64,000 nucleotides of DNA from Chiloscyllium plagiosum (GCF_004010195.1 NC_057719.1:87612382-87676381), one strand, 5' to 3'; shown: positions 13,584 to 28,029, counted from the first letter of the stretch. Translations and numbers: made by a program. Notes: generated by a model from the sequence alone, not told the origin.

Positions 13584-16500
13584 CCATAATAGCCCTGGAG
13601 AAGGTGATGATGAGCTGCCTTCTTAGAACAATCAAGTTATCGGGGTATAGATAGACCAACAGTGTTATGATGGAGAGAATTCCTGTTTTTTGACACAGTA
13701 ACAGTGAAGAAATGTGGATATAAATTCCAAACCTGAATATGTGTAATTTGGTGGAGAACTTGCCTCCATGCATGTGCTGCTCTTGCCATTCCAAGTGATG
13801 GAGATTGCCAGTTTGGAAGGCGCATATAGACTAACTGCAATCTTTTAATGACTAACATAACAGGACCTAGAACAAAGAGGATGTTTCTAGTTACGTGAGG
13901 TGTGGTGAGAGTTAATCATAACTTATTGAGTATCGGTTTCTCTTGGAGCTGCACTTAACTGTGATCAGAGATGAATGTGGAATTGGCTATTTTCCCTGCT
14001 TTACAATAACCTTCAACTCTGCAGAATTGCCCTGAGTCTAGAATAGTTTAGTGTGGGTTAATAGACTAAAAGTTCTTTTGCTGACTTCTTTTTGGAACAG
14101 TCATAACACAACCAGCCAAGCAGGTTTTCTCACTTTGACAACCCATTGAGCTGTAGATGAAGTGAGAATGTATTCCTCAGTTAGCCTACTAAATGCTTGT
14201 CATATTATAGAAATATTGACAACTTGCAAATTGGTGAGGAGCCACTAAGCTATGTTATCCTCCACTAGCCAAGAAACAACACGCAAATAGATAGTGATAT
14301 ATGGCTGAGGAAGGAAAAGGATTGTATATTGCAAACAACTTCAAGGTATTGTATGGTTTGATAGCTTTATGCAATAAATTGTATGTTTGTCAAACAGATC
14401 AATGTCTTTATTATACTGTTTTGCTCTAAGATTAATTACAATCTCTCAACATTTAATTTTTTTAAAATCCATGGTCAGAGTTTTTAAGTTAGTGAAGCAA
14501 GAATCCTTTAACAGGACTACTGAAGAACTACCTTTGATAAGTCATAAATAGTAATTACTTTATAAACAAGAATCAAAGTTAAGCCAATATACTACAATGA
14601 ACACACTTTTATATCAACTGCTCTTTGCATAACAGATGCCTATCCAGCAAACAGAAATTCTTAAAGCTAGTGCTATACAGCAAAAATTCTTGGAGACTAC
14701 CCTGAAAGGTAGAACTGTGAAAGGCAAAAGAGGGCAGGTAAACAAATGCAGAGACACACAAGGAAGCAGATCAAGACAGAAGCACTAGGGGAGAAATCAG
14801 ATGCAAGACAGAATTCTGCAGGTAAAGCATATCACCAGTACAAATGGAAATCATAGGAATGATATGAAGACATTCTGGATGCATGGAGTTCAGGAAGGAG
14901 TGCTTTTTTTTCTTGCATGATCTTCCTTTCTGTCCAAAATAACAACTTACTTTTATTAAGCTATTGAAAGCTGAACTTACTCCAGCTTCCAAGCCTCCAG
15001 TCTCCATGGAGCAGTTACCTAGGGAGCTGCCAAGAATACTTTGACTGTACTCTTGCGAGGATGCAATCCAGTTTTGTGCCTTTTAACAACAGCAGAATGG
15101 GATTGGCTGACTCCGCCTACTCTCATTACTTAAACAGTGAAGAACAGTACATAACAAAACTTGGGGAGAGACAAAAAGTAATATTGTTCTATATCATTGA
15201 TTCCTGGGGTGCAAGTGTCACTGGCTAGATCAGCATTTAGTGTCAACTCCTAAATGCCCTGAGGTAGAGATTTAATTGAGAAAACTGTTTACAGGCAATC
15301 CAGCAGATGTGTGTACATAAAACAGCAAATGAGTCAACTGTGAAAAACTGCTTCCTTAATAGTATTTTTATTTATCCATGGATGTGGGCATTGTTGGCTA
15401 AGTCATTTATTGCCCACCTCTAATTGCCACATCAGGAATATGGAGGCTGGTTTACCTCCAAGCCTGGTCTCAGTCTGGTATTGTCCATTCTTCTAACCAA
15501 AAATAATCAGGCACTGGCAAGCTCAAATGCTGACTAAGGAGTTAAGCAACTGGGAACTAGGAGAATTCTATAATAATTGCCAGATTGAAAGTTCCCAAAA
15601 TGTGGTCAACATTAACACTGAGTAAGCAACATTACAAAATCAAGAATCATCTTTCATAACACAATATCATGCACATATTGCTCAACACAGTTTAAGTATA
15701 TATTAAGTGTTAACACAGCCAGCATGAAGATAAATTTAGATTATATTGCACACTTCCTCATTTGCCAGATTAATTCAGATACTAAGACCCAAAACTAGTT
15801 TCAACTTCTGCAATTTTCAATTTAGAAGTATTTGCACAATTGGTCATGGTGCTTGGTTTTGGTTTCACCACTGAACAGACATGGTCTTTCTTGCAGGTTA
15901 GTCCACACTCTTCCAAGAGAAAGATGAAAATCTGCTAAATTAGAAGAAAAGGCTAGTTGGGTCATGATCACACCTTGCTAGTGTTTCAAGCCCATCCCAA
16001 CATCTGGCTCCACCCTTTACATTTAATAATATCCTTGGAGCAATTTGAGGAAAGTATTTTAACCACTTTCAGTTTTAAGTTGACATGCTCCTCATTCATA
16101 TTTGTAGATTTTGGCCTGACTGACTGTAAGTCGATATTTTCAGCTCACTTTCTGTTCACTACTTAAAAAGGAAAATTAGCATTTAATTGACACCTTCCAT
16201 TGTTTTGAGGATGTCCTAAATGACTTCACAGCCAAGGAAGTTTGAGGGAAGCTAGGTCAGCGTGCAAGAAACACAAGAGTTTAACACTTTAGGAGGGAAA
16301 GCGATTCAAAGGCAATCTGTGGAGATGGGAAAGAGGGCGAAAATTGTAGAGGAGAAGGTCGATATAATCAATGTCAAATGGTGGAGAAAGGTTAGAGTAC
16401 AAGGGATATAGTGTTCCATGGTCACAGTGGAAACGATCCTTGGTAGCCTCAGTGATGTGGCATGTATAAAAACCTGGATGTAGACAAACTGAAAAGAAAC

Positions 16501-16993
16501 TTCAGGAAAGATGGTCATGGAGTAGATGAATGAACAGTGTCAAGGATCTTAAAAAGAAAAGGCAAGTTGGATTTGGGGCATTGGTCAATGGTATATTTTC
16601 CCTTCTCGGGAAGGGCAACAACAGGAGTTTTGAGGAGGAGGATGGGCCAGGGGGAAGCGAAAAGTTACCTAAAGTCTGGGTCAAGAGCTGGAGATCAATT
16701 AGTGCGGAGAGAATCTGAAGAAAAAATAAATGGGATTTATGGAAGAAAAAGCAAAGTAAAACAAAAGAAATAAATATTCTCTCTCCCAATAAGCAAGAGA
16801 AAAATCTCCTCAAATGCTAAGTGTGCCACTGCATTCTCACCATTAATGTAAGCATTAGCAATTCCCAGAGTGTGAACAGCAAACAGCACATCAGCTTAAT
16901 GCAATATAAAATGACACTCATCTTCTTAGAATCAAACCAACGTTCAGAATAAAGCAATTGAACTTATTCAAAATGAGACAGGTAATCAGCAGA

Positions 16994-17184
16994 GTTAAAA
17001 ATCACATACACCAGGTTGTTGTCCAACAGGTTTAATTGAAAGCACTTGCTTTCGGAGTGCTGCTCCTTCATCAGGTGGTTGTCAGTACTCCGAAAGCTAG
17101 TGCTTCAGATTAAATCTGTTGGACTATAACGTGTTGTGTGAATTTTAACTTTGTACACCCCAGTCCAACACCGGCATCTCCAAA
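16994..17184. mobile_element. Palindromic non-autonomous element with a second-family hammerhead motif
   Basis: Inverted arms at about 16994-17058 and 17086-17149. Minus strand reads CAC CTGATGA A GGAG CAGCA CTCC GAAAG CAA GTG; the plus arm retains CTCCGAAAGCTAGTG. Confidence 0.7.
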
Positions 17185-17349
17185 GAGTGGTAATCAGCAG
17201 CACTCTGTGCAAATCAATGAATCTTAAGTAATTAGAAGAATTAATTAATACCTCCTCTTGAGTTCAGCACCACAGATCCCAGTCTTCAGACAATCTGATC
17301 CACTCTACCTGCATTAAGGCATGGGCCCTCACAACATATTGGCATTAGA

Positions 17350-17700
17350 GAGTCATAGAGATATACAACATGGAAACAGATCCTTTGGTACAACTTGCCC
17401 ATGCCGACCAAGTATCCTAAATAAATCTAGTCTCATTTGCCCACATTTGGCCCATATCCCTCTAAACCCTTCCTATTCATATACCCATCTAGATGCCTTT
17501 TCAATGTTGTACCAGCCTCCACCACTTCCTCCAGCAGCATATTCCTTACACGCACCACCCTCTGAGAAAAAGTTGCCCCTTAGGCCCCTTTTAAATCTTT
17601 CCCCTCTCACCCTAAACCTATGCCCTCTAGTTTTGGATTCCCCCACCTCTGGAGAAAAGACCTTGTCTATTCACCTCATGATTTAATAAACCCATCAGCC
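17350..17700 (-). mobile_element. CR1 LINE 3' end
   Basis: gagtcatagag tail and 3' sequence shared with the other CR1 copies. Confidence 0.85.
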
Positions 17701-20700
17701 TCAGACACTCAGATACCGTGGCCAAAGTGGAGCTCAGAGGCAAGGAATTCTGTGGCAAATAACTCACCTGTTCCCTCAATGTCTATCCACGAGCTACCAG
17801 GATCATTAGGACAGTGATTGAATACCTTGAGATGTTATTTTAAAGCTTTTTAATCATTTACACAAGTCGTAATGGAAACCAACTATGATTACTATTATAG
17901 ACACACGCATGGAAGGACCACATATTTTAATTCATTGGATTAAAAACTCAAACGAAAATTTGATTGCTTTATTTGAAAAAAAAATTTATAACTTAATAAA
18001 CAAGTGTTGCATATTGTTGAGTTGTTTTTGGAAACAACGAGGGAAAGTTGAGAATGAATAGCATTAAGAAGAATCTTTGGCCAGGCAACAGCTCTCTGAC
18101 TGGCTGAGCTGCAGCATGTTAAAAAACTGCAAGAGCTTAAACCAGTAGAGTGAAAACATCCAACCTGCAGACAGCATCCTCTCTCCCTCCTTCTGTATAG
18201 GGGGTTTACAAAAGACAGGTTGGTGGATTTCTCAGGTTAAAATAAGACAGCTTTAGGTGCAATTATTAAATCACAATTACAGCGCTATTTCCATTTTAGA
18301 CATGGATGAGTGCAGCTCCAACAACACAAACAGCCTAACACCAAAGCAGGCAGCTTGACTGGCACAACATCTGAATATCTTCAACAGTCATTCCCTTCAG
18401 TACTGATGCACAATCGCACCATTGAGTAGTATCTACAAGGTGCACTGCAACAACTCACCAAAACTCCAAACACTTGCTCCCTCTATTTGTTCAACTACAT
18501 ATTCTATAATTGGCACCTAGTAAATTAAATCTCCATGCTCTGAAAAAAAGATGATTTTTATGTTGTATTCTCAATAGTCAATGCATTCATTTTAATAAAC
18601 TTAGTCGAACATTTCTTAACATTAAAAGTGATTTGCATATCTTAAAACTAAAATATCTGCAATATAAGCACATTGTGAGAGATCACATTTAGGACAAGAT
18701 GAGCAAACACTAATGGCCTGATAATCTGCAAGGTCTAACATGTGCTCCAGGGACAAAGTCAGATAAATCAGGAGATAAATTTAATACAAAGAATATGATT
18801 CAGACTATCAGAAAGAGATGAGATAATATGGTAAAAAGCAATGCTAGTGTCACATGCCTTTAGAATTTACAAGATAACTCAATGGATTAATGTGTTACAT
18901 ATTAATTAGAAATAACTTGTCAAGACGTCGTAGTTCTCATTTACAAAATTGTTATTCCCGTAATTAGTGAAACATACAATAGCCCAAGAATTTGAATCTC
19001 TGTTAACAACCTATGCAAACAGATTATAGCTACAATCTTGCAACTCTTCCAGATGAGTCCTCCCATGTGTGCCTATAACAGTAATCACAGTTGGTTTCCA
19101 TTCTGACTTGTGTAAATGATTAAAAAGCTTTAAAATAACATCTCAATATTCCTAGATTTGAACTGGTTTCAAATGATTTGGATCAGTTTGTATATTTAAT
19201 ATACTCCAGGAAAAACTTATGACCCAGGACATTTTAGGTGCCAGAAATACACTTGTGCTGCAGATAAAATAAAACTCAGGTACATACTCATGAGTAATAT
19301 TCAATTTCTCAAGGGGCGGACAAATGTGAAAATGGAGAATGATCGTGTACAATTTAGCAATGTGTACTTATGGTTAATAATGATCTATTTGAACTTAGAG
19401 AAACAAAGGTACCCTTTGTAGAAGGATTACTTGTTGTTCGCTCAAATATTCAGCTTCGCAATTCACCTTCAGGTGTTCAGCACTAAATGCAACATCTAAT
19501 AAAAGTAGCAGAGATATAAAGCAAGGTTGGAAAAAGCAACGCTTCAGAAACTTCTTGCATTGAAGATGTGACCAAATGAGATTTCACTTTGTCCCACAGG
19601 TCAATATCTACACGGCTGCTACAGAATGCGTACAAAAGCCTAGACTGAAAACAAATTACTGTGGATACTGCATATCTGATACAAACACAAAATGCTGGAA
19701 AAACTTAGCAGGTCTGGCAGCATCCATGGGAAGAAAAACAGCATTTCAAGTTCCTGACTGGTCCAAAGAACAGTCATATCAGACTCAAAATGTTAACTGA
19801 TTCTCTCCAAGGATACTGCCAGACTTGTTGAGTTTCTCCAGTACTGCTTCCATTGTCTGCTGAAGCCTGTTAGCTAATATTAATTTGGAGACAAGAGATC
19901 CAACCAAACATATGAGGAGAAGTTGCAAGGGCTTATTAATTTAATTGTAATCACCACCTTAGTTATTCGAATAACTCTGTTTGTTACAATGCATTGGGGT
20001 CCTACTGTGCAACAGGAGTTGAATTCAGGCCAGGATTCAACTCATTGGTCTAACTGTTCAGCTTTATCAAGGCGTGTTAATGGAGGAAAAGCATGCTACC
20101 AATCACAGACAAAAGTAGATTACACTAAAGCACTGCTTTAAAAGAAGCATTTCACCAAATTCACTTAGCATCCAAGCAAATGATCAGTGCAATGAGAGTA
20201 AATCCATCATTTACAACATTTGCAGAGCTTGGATTTGAAAATAGTGGCTCATTGGTGTTGGATACTTTTGTGAAAGTTTATATTTGGAAAAGAAAAGTTA
20301 GGTCAGACAGACCTTGCAATTTCTCTCTGTAAACTGTTTAGTTGGGAACATCTCAAGTTGGAACAGAAACAAGTACAATCTCGCTTCTCAAAAGGAGTTT
20401 TTCGAAGCAGTTAATGAAATAAGTTTTTAAAAGTTAGTTTGTGTAACTTCCAGACTAGAAGGGTTTAGTTAGAATTCTGTAGATGTTTAGAAGATAGGAC
20501 AATCGAAGCTCTCAATTTTGAGAGTGTTCATGTAAGAAGACTCCACAGTTCACAGGACAGAGAATCAGTTAAGTATAAGCTTAAAGATTGAGAAAAAGGT
20601 AGTCTTAAGATTTGTTAACTGCATTCTATAACTAATTATCTTAGATTTTCTTTTGATTTTGTCTTTTGAGTAATAAACGTCTGTTGTGCTGTTAAGAAAT

Positions 20701-21192
20701 TATACCACCTATGTTTCAGTGAATGACTTCCACATTAGGCAAAATTTTTAAAATAGCGATCCAGATTTCATTCTGGGATCTGACTTGTCCAGTTGTACAG
20801 TCAGCTGGTATCAGCAGTTCCCATGTGATCAGTGAATGCAGTTTTTGTCCCTAATTTCAGGACAATGAGACAGTTACTCAAAATCCCTGCTAGAACTTGA
20901 AAAAACTTCCAGATATAACATTATTGTAAGGAATTACCAGAACAATTGCACTTATGAAAATTTAGAAATTATTTCAATTGGTTTAACACAAACACACTTG
21001 CCATCATGTTTCTATTTCCAGCCTACAAACTCTGCTGTGGAAGTGTGTTATGTGACTAACTACCATGTAATTTGTTGCAAGCATCAGAATTTGTGTCCCT
21101 GCCAGCACTTGGTTCCAGTTGTTTACTGTGACAGGCTTCATTCTATGGGTTTGTTTAATGGGCAGGGTATCAGATATTTAGCCTGGAGTGTA

Positions 21193-21503
21193 CAGATTAG
21201 ATTACTTACAGTATGGAAACAGGCCCTTCGGCCCAACAAGTCCACGCCGACCCACCAAAGCGTAACCCACCCATACTGCTACATTTACCCCTTTACCTAA
21301 CACTACGGGCAATTTAGCATGGCCAATTCACCTGACCTGCACATCTTTGGACTGTGGGAGGAAACCGGAGCCCCCGGAGGAAACCCACGCAGACACGGGG
21401 AGAACGTGCAAACTCCACACAGTCAGTCGCCTGAGTCGGGAATTGAACCCGGGTCTCTGGCGCTGCGAGGCAGCAGTGCTAACCACTGTGCCACTGTGCC
21501 GCC
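21193..21503 (-). mobile_element. HE1-type SINE
   Basis: Nearly identical to 27196-27518. Confidence 0.9.
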
Positions 21504-21775
21504 CACTACACAGACATAATTTCATTGAGGAGGGGATTGCAGAAATAGCTATTTTTAAAATGGAGGAAAAGAGGAAAGAAACTAAATTAGCAAACAAGAC
21601 AAAAACTGTCCTTGCATGGGAAAAGTTAAAAAGTTGAAAACGTCAGTCAAGGTCACCATCAATAAAAGCATAACTCAGGAGGAACCAGAAATAAAATACT
21701 CAGCTATTCCTGTGCGCAGTTCAGGAGAAATGCCTTATATCCACCCAGCTTCCTTTTAAAAAGGAGTCCACTCAC

Positions 21776-21873
21776 CTCTGCTCATTCGTTGCTTCTCCCC
21801 AGAGAGGATTCCAGGTGTGTCAATGATAGTTATGCTTTCCAGTACTTGGTTTGGGAGCTGAGCACACATGAAT
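21776..21873 (-). CDS. EHD4: EHD4-like coding exon 3 (98 nt)
   Basis: Polypyrimidine tract plus CAG|A acceptor, donor AGAG|GTGAGT. Translation (R)[32 protein letters not shown](G) contains the DTPG (G3) motif. Confidence 0.95.
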
Positions 21874-22562
21874 CTGTTAAAAAAAAGGGGAAAGAAAAGC
21901 ATCAAGGAGAGCCTGTATACTCTAAACGTATTGCACCTCAAACATTGCAGTCAACCTATTTTAATCAAAACATTGGAAAGGAAAGTGCAGGAAAGTTCTG
22001 CGTGTAACCTGCACTTGCAATACAAGTGTATCCAGAAACAATAGGGCAATAAATTGAGAGAGATTTGTCCACAATTTGCCTTCAGCTAAAACCAATCATG
22101 ACATTGAAGGTTATAGAAACTGAAGGACCAAGAGATTAAATGACTGATACCATATATAGATTTTTATTTCAAAATACGAATAGCACAGACCATATTCTGT
22201 CACTGGTTCAGTCACCCAGACCAATACATTTTAGGAGTTTTGCAATGTTTCAATGTATCAATAACAACTGCTTGCAATTAACTATACAAACCATAATTAG
22301 TGGTTCTAGCAGTTTCCATTTAATTTGCCAATCTCAGACAGGGCTACCAAACACCCATAAGGAAGAGAGAAGATGCAGGTTTCTCTATCTGAATGATATC
22401 CAGCAGCTTGCTGATCCACTGTTCAGACTCATTAATGAAGAATGTGTACGTTTGAGAGGTGGTAGAGGACAGAGAACACTCATGAAACTACATCCCAACA
22501 AGTCACTGTGCCAGTAGGAGAGTGAAGAGGAAGATAGATAATATTAACAGACAGTGTGCACC

Positions 22563-23138
22563 TGTGACAATGTTGCTCCTTCAACAAGGTTATTCTGTCC
22601 TTGGTTTTTCCCCCAAGAGGGGTTGTAAAGGCAGAAGTGAGAAATGTCTACTTTAATAACGACCAACAGATGCTGTCTAAATTAATAATCAAAAAAGGCT
22701 TTCAGGTGTTTTTTTTTTAGAAAAACACTTGTACATTGAGTGGGGAGTGGACAGTTCTCCCAGTTCAGGGTTTTTTTCTTCTAGTTTTGGGTTAGTTATA
22801 GCTGGGGACCCTAAGAAACAGCTCCGTGCTGATCCTCTTTCCTGACATCTCTCTCCTGTAAGAACCCGTGTTTGAATTTACCTTCTTGCCAAGGGGTGTG
22901 TTTATGGGATGTTGCAGGAAATTGGAATAGCTCTTTGTTAAGTTGTGTTTTCAAATAGTTATGTTACTTAAAATTTGGTTTTCTTTTGTTCGTGTATAAA
23001 TAAATTCTGCTTGGTTTAGAACGGAGTGTTTCGACGAGCTGTGTCACTCCTGGAACATTCAACTTACATCTGCTTAAAACTAGAAAGTTTTAAATGTTCT
23101 TAAAAATGTTTTGAGTGGGTCTGGCCTGGTCCATAACA
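22563..23138 (+). mobile_element. Probable solo LTR
   Basis: Starts TGTGAC, ends CATAACA, AATAAA near 22999, about 575 bp; no convincing target-site duplication. Confidence 0.45.
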
Positions 23139-24906
23139 CTTCTTAAACAATTGTGTGTTAAATAAGGAGAAAGCAGCAGCTGCGTTGGCCACCTAGCTGT
23201 TAAACTTTCCCCATTCAAGAATCAAGATGTATGAAAGACGCAAAGATTAAGTTTTTTTTGCATTTTTTTGGCTTGCTGACTGCGCCTTTGACTCCAATCA
23301 CAAGGCACGAGAAATTTAAACCCCAATTGTAATTAAATTCCACATCTCAACCTTAAATCAATACAGTGCCTTGGTCAAAGATTACAGCTTTGAGTGAGAA
23401 GCCAAGCAACATTATTCAGACACAAACGTGTGTGATGGGTGTGTGCGACAGTTCCTATTTCAATTGTCATGTTATGTAAATCCAGGAAGTCCCTGTGACC
23501 GAATCAGTTATTTAAGGAAGCTTAATTGTTCCATTTAGAGCTTTGGTTTGGAATTGAAACATCAGGTCAGATCAGTGGTGACAAGTATGAATCACTGAAC
23601 AGCGAAACGTTTATTAAAAATAAAGTTTCATACAGCAATTACACAGGTTTTTCTTTTGAAAAGGAAAACTGCATGATTTTTTTTTATTGTATATGCATGT
23701 TACATAATCAGTAAATACATGAATAAATAAAGCAGATGTTTGTTACCCTGTGCATATCAGTGTACATATCAGGGTTAATTAAGATACTCTCAAGGTCACT
23801 CAGAGATGGGATTGACCCAAGAAAATTATTTAAGATAGGGATCTGGGGAAAAAAAAAAGTACAGTAAGCAAAGCAGGATAAAGCCTAAAACTGCAAATAC
23901 CCAAACTACAATTGTTGCACTGCCTCTACCCAATGAATATTTTGATAAACACAAAAACTCACAACTGCAGTCATTTTTTTTCCAGAAAGGGAAAAATAGG
24001 GAGGCTAAAAAAACCAAGGAGAGCTTGCTGAAAAAATGTTATGCTTTAATCTAATAACCTTCACTCAGCTTTTCTTTAATTGTATGAAACAAGGAACTGC
24101 GTCCAACTAGCACAAACCTTTGAGAAAGATTTCATAGCTGTGCTCAGAATATCAAAAATAGATTGATGCTATTTTGTATTTTACTCTTTCTCTCAAGTCT
24201 CCTTGTACCACATTGCACAAATTGTTTTATTTCCAAACCTTAGACAGTATCCCTTAGAAACGGATATGCAAGGAGTTACACAAACAGACAAGTGACAAAA
24301 TCCCACATCCTCAATGTGAATACTCAGACCAAATTGTTTAACTTGGCTTGAAAAGTTTCCATGTTGGGATGTGACAGGCCCCATACAACGCAGCACCACC
24401 ACATGTGAAGTGTATCCTTGTCAAAGGCAAAATGTTACTGTACAGAAGCAGAAATTGTCCCTAATCTTTTCTAAGAGTTCAACTTTAAGCTGTGTGGATG
24501 TACATTATGTGATGACTTAATGCATATAACTACTGAATATTTCAACTAGTAAAACAGAATTCTTTGTACAGTTGCCTGGTCACTTCAAGTGAATACAAGT
24601 GTGTTCTCTCTCATGTTACATGTCAAAGAATGCCTCTGGGCGGAGGTTTCCATTGTTCACAAATCCAGTGAAGTCACACAACAGTCCAGTCAGTTTGAGG
24701 ACAGACAGCAACTCAAACAGCACTTCCAAACAACATCTCATTGCACCGTTCAGGTTTACAGAATCTTAGGGGCCAGCCCAAACTGCTTTGAAACAAACAC
24801 AAAGTGCTGGAGAAACTCAGCAGGTCTAGCAGTCTCATTGGAGAGAGAAGTAGAATTAATGTTTCAAGTCTGATGTGACTCTTCAGAACATGCTTAAAGT
24901 TCAAAG

Positions 24907-25261
24907 AATCATAGAATCCTTGCAGTGTGGAAACAGGCCGTTCAGCCATACAAGTCCACACCAACCCTCCAAAGAGTAACCCACCCAGGCCCATCCCCCC
25001 CCACCCTATTACCCCACATTTACCCCTGACTAATGCACCTAACCTACACACCCCTGAACACTATAGGTAATTTAGCATGGCCATATCACCTGACCTGCAT
25101 GTCTTTGGACTGGGGGAGGAAACCGGAGCACCCAGAGGAAACCCATGCACACATGGGGAAAATGTGCAAACTCCACACAGACAGTCACCCGAGGCTGGAA
25201 ACAAACCGAGGTCCCTGGCACTGTGAGGCAACAGTGCTAACCACTGAGCCACTTTGCCATA
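24907..25261 (-). mobile_element. HE1-type SINE
   Basis: Same head, core and tail as the other copies. Confidence 0.88.
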
Positions 25262-25817
25262 CCTCAGTTGGTCTCAGCCATTCCCAGGTGAAATTTTGGT
25301 ACCCTATTCCTGATGACTTTTAACAGACTTATACCACACACCCATCTGGTGGATAGGAGCAGGCATGATAACCACACTTAACTAACCCACTGTTTAGGTT
25401 CACCCCATGAAGAAAGTCACTGCTGATGGCTTTGTAAGTAAGCAAGGTCAGTAAACTGGTGGAAGATTTCTTTCCTATTTATTCCCATTAACTTAGACAA
25501 CCAATCACCAATTAGGGGCTCAAAGAAACTGCTCTTCCATATTGGCTCCTAAACAAAAGACTTCTGCAGCAATGCAAATTATGGGAAGCTTCATGTAACA
25601 AATATGAAATTCAGGTTAAAACTGCCTCACTCATTTCTTACCAGAGTTCTGTAACTAGCACAGAGGGGTCGATACTGGAGTCAAAACACTAACCCCAAGT
25701 CAAATATCTTTAGCTAAGAACACGATACGGTTTTACCTCCATGGAAAAGCATTTGTAAAAAGACTATAACTTTAGAATCACATTCAGAAAATCTCAACAT
25801 GCAAGGGTCACACATAC

Positions 25818-25994
25818 CTATTTAGGAAAGCATTCCCGAAGGAATTTAGCTTCCGGAAAGGCTTTTTGGGATCAACCACAAGTGCGTTGCCAGGAATGAT
25901 CCCTTCCTCTTGCCCATGCATCACAGCAATGAAGGAATCAGTTGTTGGTTCAGGCCCAATCCTCATGCCAGGGAAGTCCTGTTCCAGTAGATAT
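25818..25994 (-). CDS. EHD4: EHD4-like coding exon 2 (177 nt); absent from the ORF track
   Basis: Acceptor TTAG|A, donor AATAG|GTATGT. Translation (R)YLLEQDFPGMRIGPEPTTDSFIAVMHGQEEGIIPGNALVVDPKKPFRKLNSFGNAFLN(R) includes the GPEPTT switch I and KPF loop. Phase is compatible with exons 1 and 3. Confidence 0.95.
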
Positions 25995-27195
25995 CTAACA
26001 GTATCAAAAGATCACATTAATTAGAATTAGGATATTGCTGTGTTCTGTAACAACTTGAGAACAATTCAAGTGCTCTTGAATTACTGTGAAACACAATGTC
26101 TGACTTGTTTTTTAAATGAAAACATAGAACTCCACGAGACTTCTTTTTAAAATACTAATTCCCATGTGGATACAAGTCTAGAGGGTTCTGAAACATGGAG
26201 ATTGTATTGAAATCTGAGACATAATTAATTCTTCAAAATGTTCAAGCTGCAAAGGAGTATTTGTAAGATAGGGAAATGGGTCAGTAGTTGTTATACACTG
26301 AATATGTATGTTCAGTGGAGTTGGAGGTACAGGTTTACAGCTTATTGAAAGCAATATTTGAAGTTGACAAAGTTTTTTTAAAAAATTAATAGAATTCCAG
26401 GTTTATCACAAGATATACAATGTAAAGTGGTGAACCTACAGTCTACTTTTAGTAAAATCTCAGCTCGAATAGTTGTGCTTTGAAGGTTCTACGTGAGGAA
26501 GGAGACAGAGACTTGAGAGAGGATAACTGCACATATTTAGTAAGATCAAGTCTGCTATGAAGAATAACAAACAAACAGCAAGGCACATTTGAAACAAACT
26601 CAGTAGAATAATAAAGACTGTGGAGCAATAAAGTTAGTTTAAATTATGAACAGATGTGCTAACATACATAGAAACAGACGTTTTTTAGTAGTAGCAGTGC
26701 TTAAAATGAGAGGCTAAAGATACAAGATTAAATGAAGTCATTTACAACAATTAGCAGGAGAAACCACGTCAAAAATTTGGAAGGTTGTTGAATTCCCAGG
26801 ATTAGTGACTGGGAGAGAAACTTGGTTAATATTCCAGATTAGACTGGATAAGTGGATGAAAGAGGAGCTAAATGAATTGGGGCACAGGGTCTGTAAACGT
26901 GATTAAAATTAGTGGCATACACCTAGCAGGTAAACACCAAGGCATGGATAATGGCCTCACTTTTGCACACTTATGCAATGCACTGGAAGTAGCAGCTTTA
27001 CACTAACTGCATGGCAACACGTAACAAGGCACCCTAAAATTTACATTGCCTGTAATAATACCACAAAGGAATTCTTTCTGCAGTTCCACGCGGATAACAA
27101 TCTTTGAGTTATTGTTATAATGGTCATGCAATGCAGCATTACTGAATCACCCAAAGCAGTACATGTGCTGGTTTTGGCCAAAGGTTTTTCTCTTT

Positions 27196-27518
27196 TAGAT
27201 TAGATTAGATTAGATTACATTACAGTGTGGAAACAGGCCCTTCGGCCCAACAAGTCCACACCGACCCGCCGAAGCGCAACCCACCCATACCCCTACATTC
27301 ACCCCTATACCTAACACTAGGGGCAATTTAGCATGGCCAATTCACCTGACCTGCACATCTTTGGACTGTGGGAGGAAACCGGAGCACCCGGAGAAAACCC
27401 ACGCAGACACGGGGAGAACGTGCAAACTCCACACAGTCAGTCGCCTGAGTCGGGAATTGAACCCGGGTCATCTGGCGCTGCGAGGCAGCAGTGCTAACCA
27501 CTGTGCCACCGTGCCGCC
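27196..27518 (-). mobile_element. HE1-type tRNA-derived SINE, near full length and young
   Basis: Head GGCGGCACGGTGGCACAGTGGTTAGCAC (A box) ... GGTTCAATTCC (B box); V-SINE-like core; CR1-like tail ending in (TAATC)n. Confidence 0.9.
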
Positions 27519-28029
27519 CAAAGATACTTTGTGGTCACCAAAGTATCTTCAACGTTGCCTGTTCATCTCCTTCTCTTCATATCCAGTGGCAGGAAAGTTC
27601 AATGTCAGTGTCTTCCCCCAAGCCAATGAGTCCAATATAGAATCACTCAAAATGAGCTCCAGTGCGTGTGTGTGTTCTAGTTTGCATGCCCAGCACTAGA
27701 TTCCCTAAACAACTGTTATACTTGGAACTTGGTCGTAGCAGGAGATGCTCTGCAGGACAGTGAAAACACTTTAGGGATGTCCTCAAAGCCACCCTGAAGA
27801 GGTCAAACATACCTGGAAACTCATGAGAGATCCTGGCTTGTGCTCAACCAATTTATAGCAGGTTAATTTGGGAAGGCACTCATCAGGAACATGCAGAGGT
27901 GAAGCCAAGGCATCGGACAGAAGACAAAACATCCAAATAAACCATCTACCCAACACATCAAGCATCACGCACCCCACATGGCACAGTCTGCATTGGATTG
28001 ATCAGAACCCATCAAACTGGAGTAGGAGC

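Noticed and set aside
21430..21503. tRNA-like A/B boxes
   Set aside because: SINE heads continuous with the HE1 body; no independent tRNA gene is supported.
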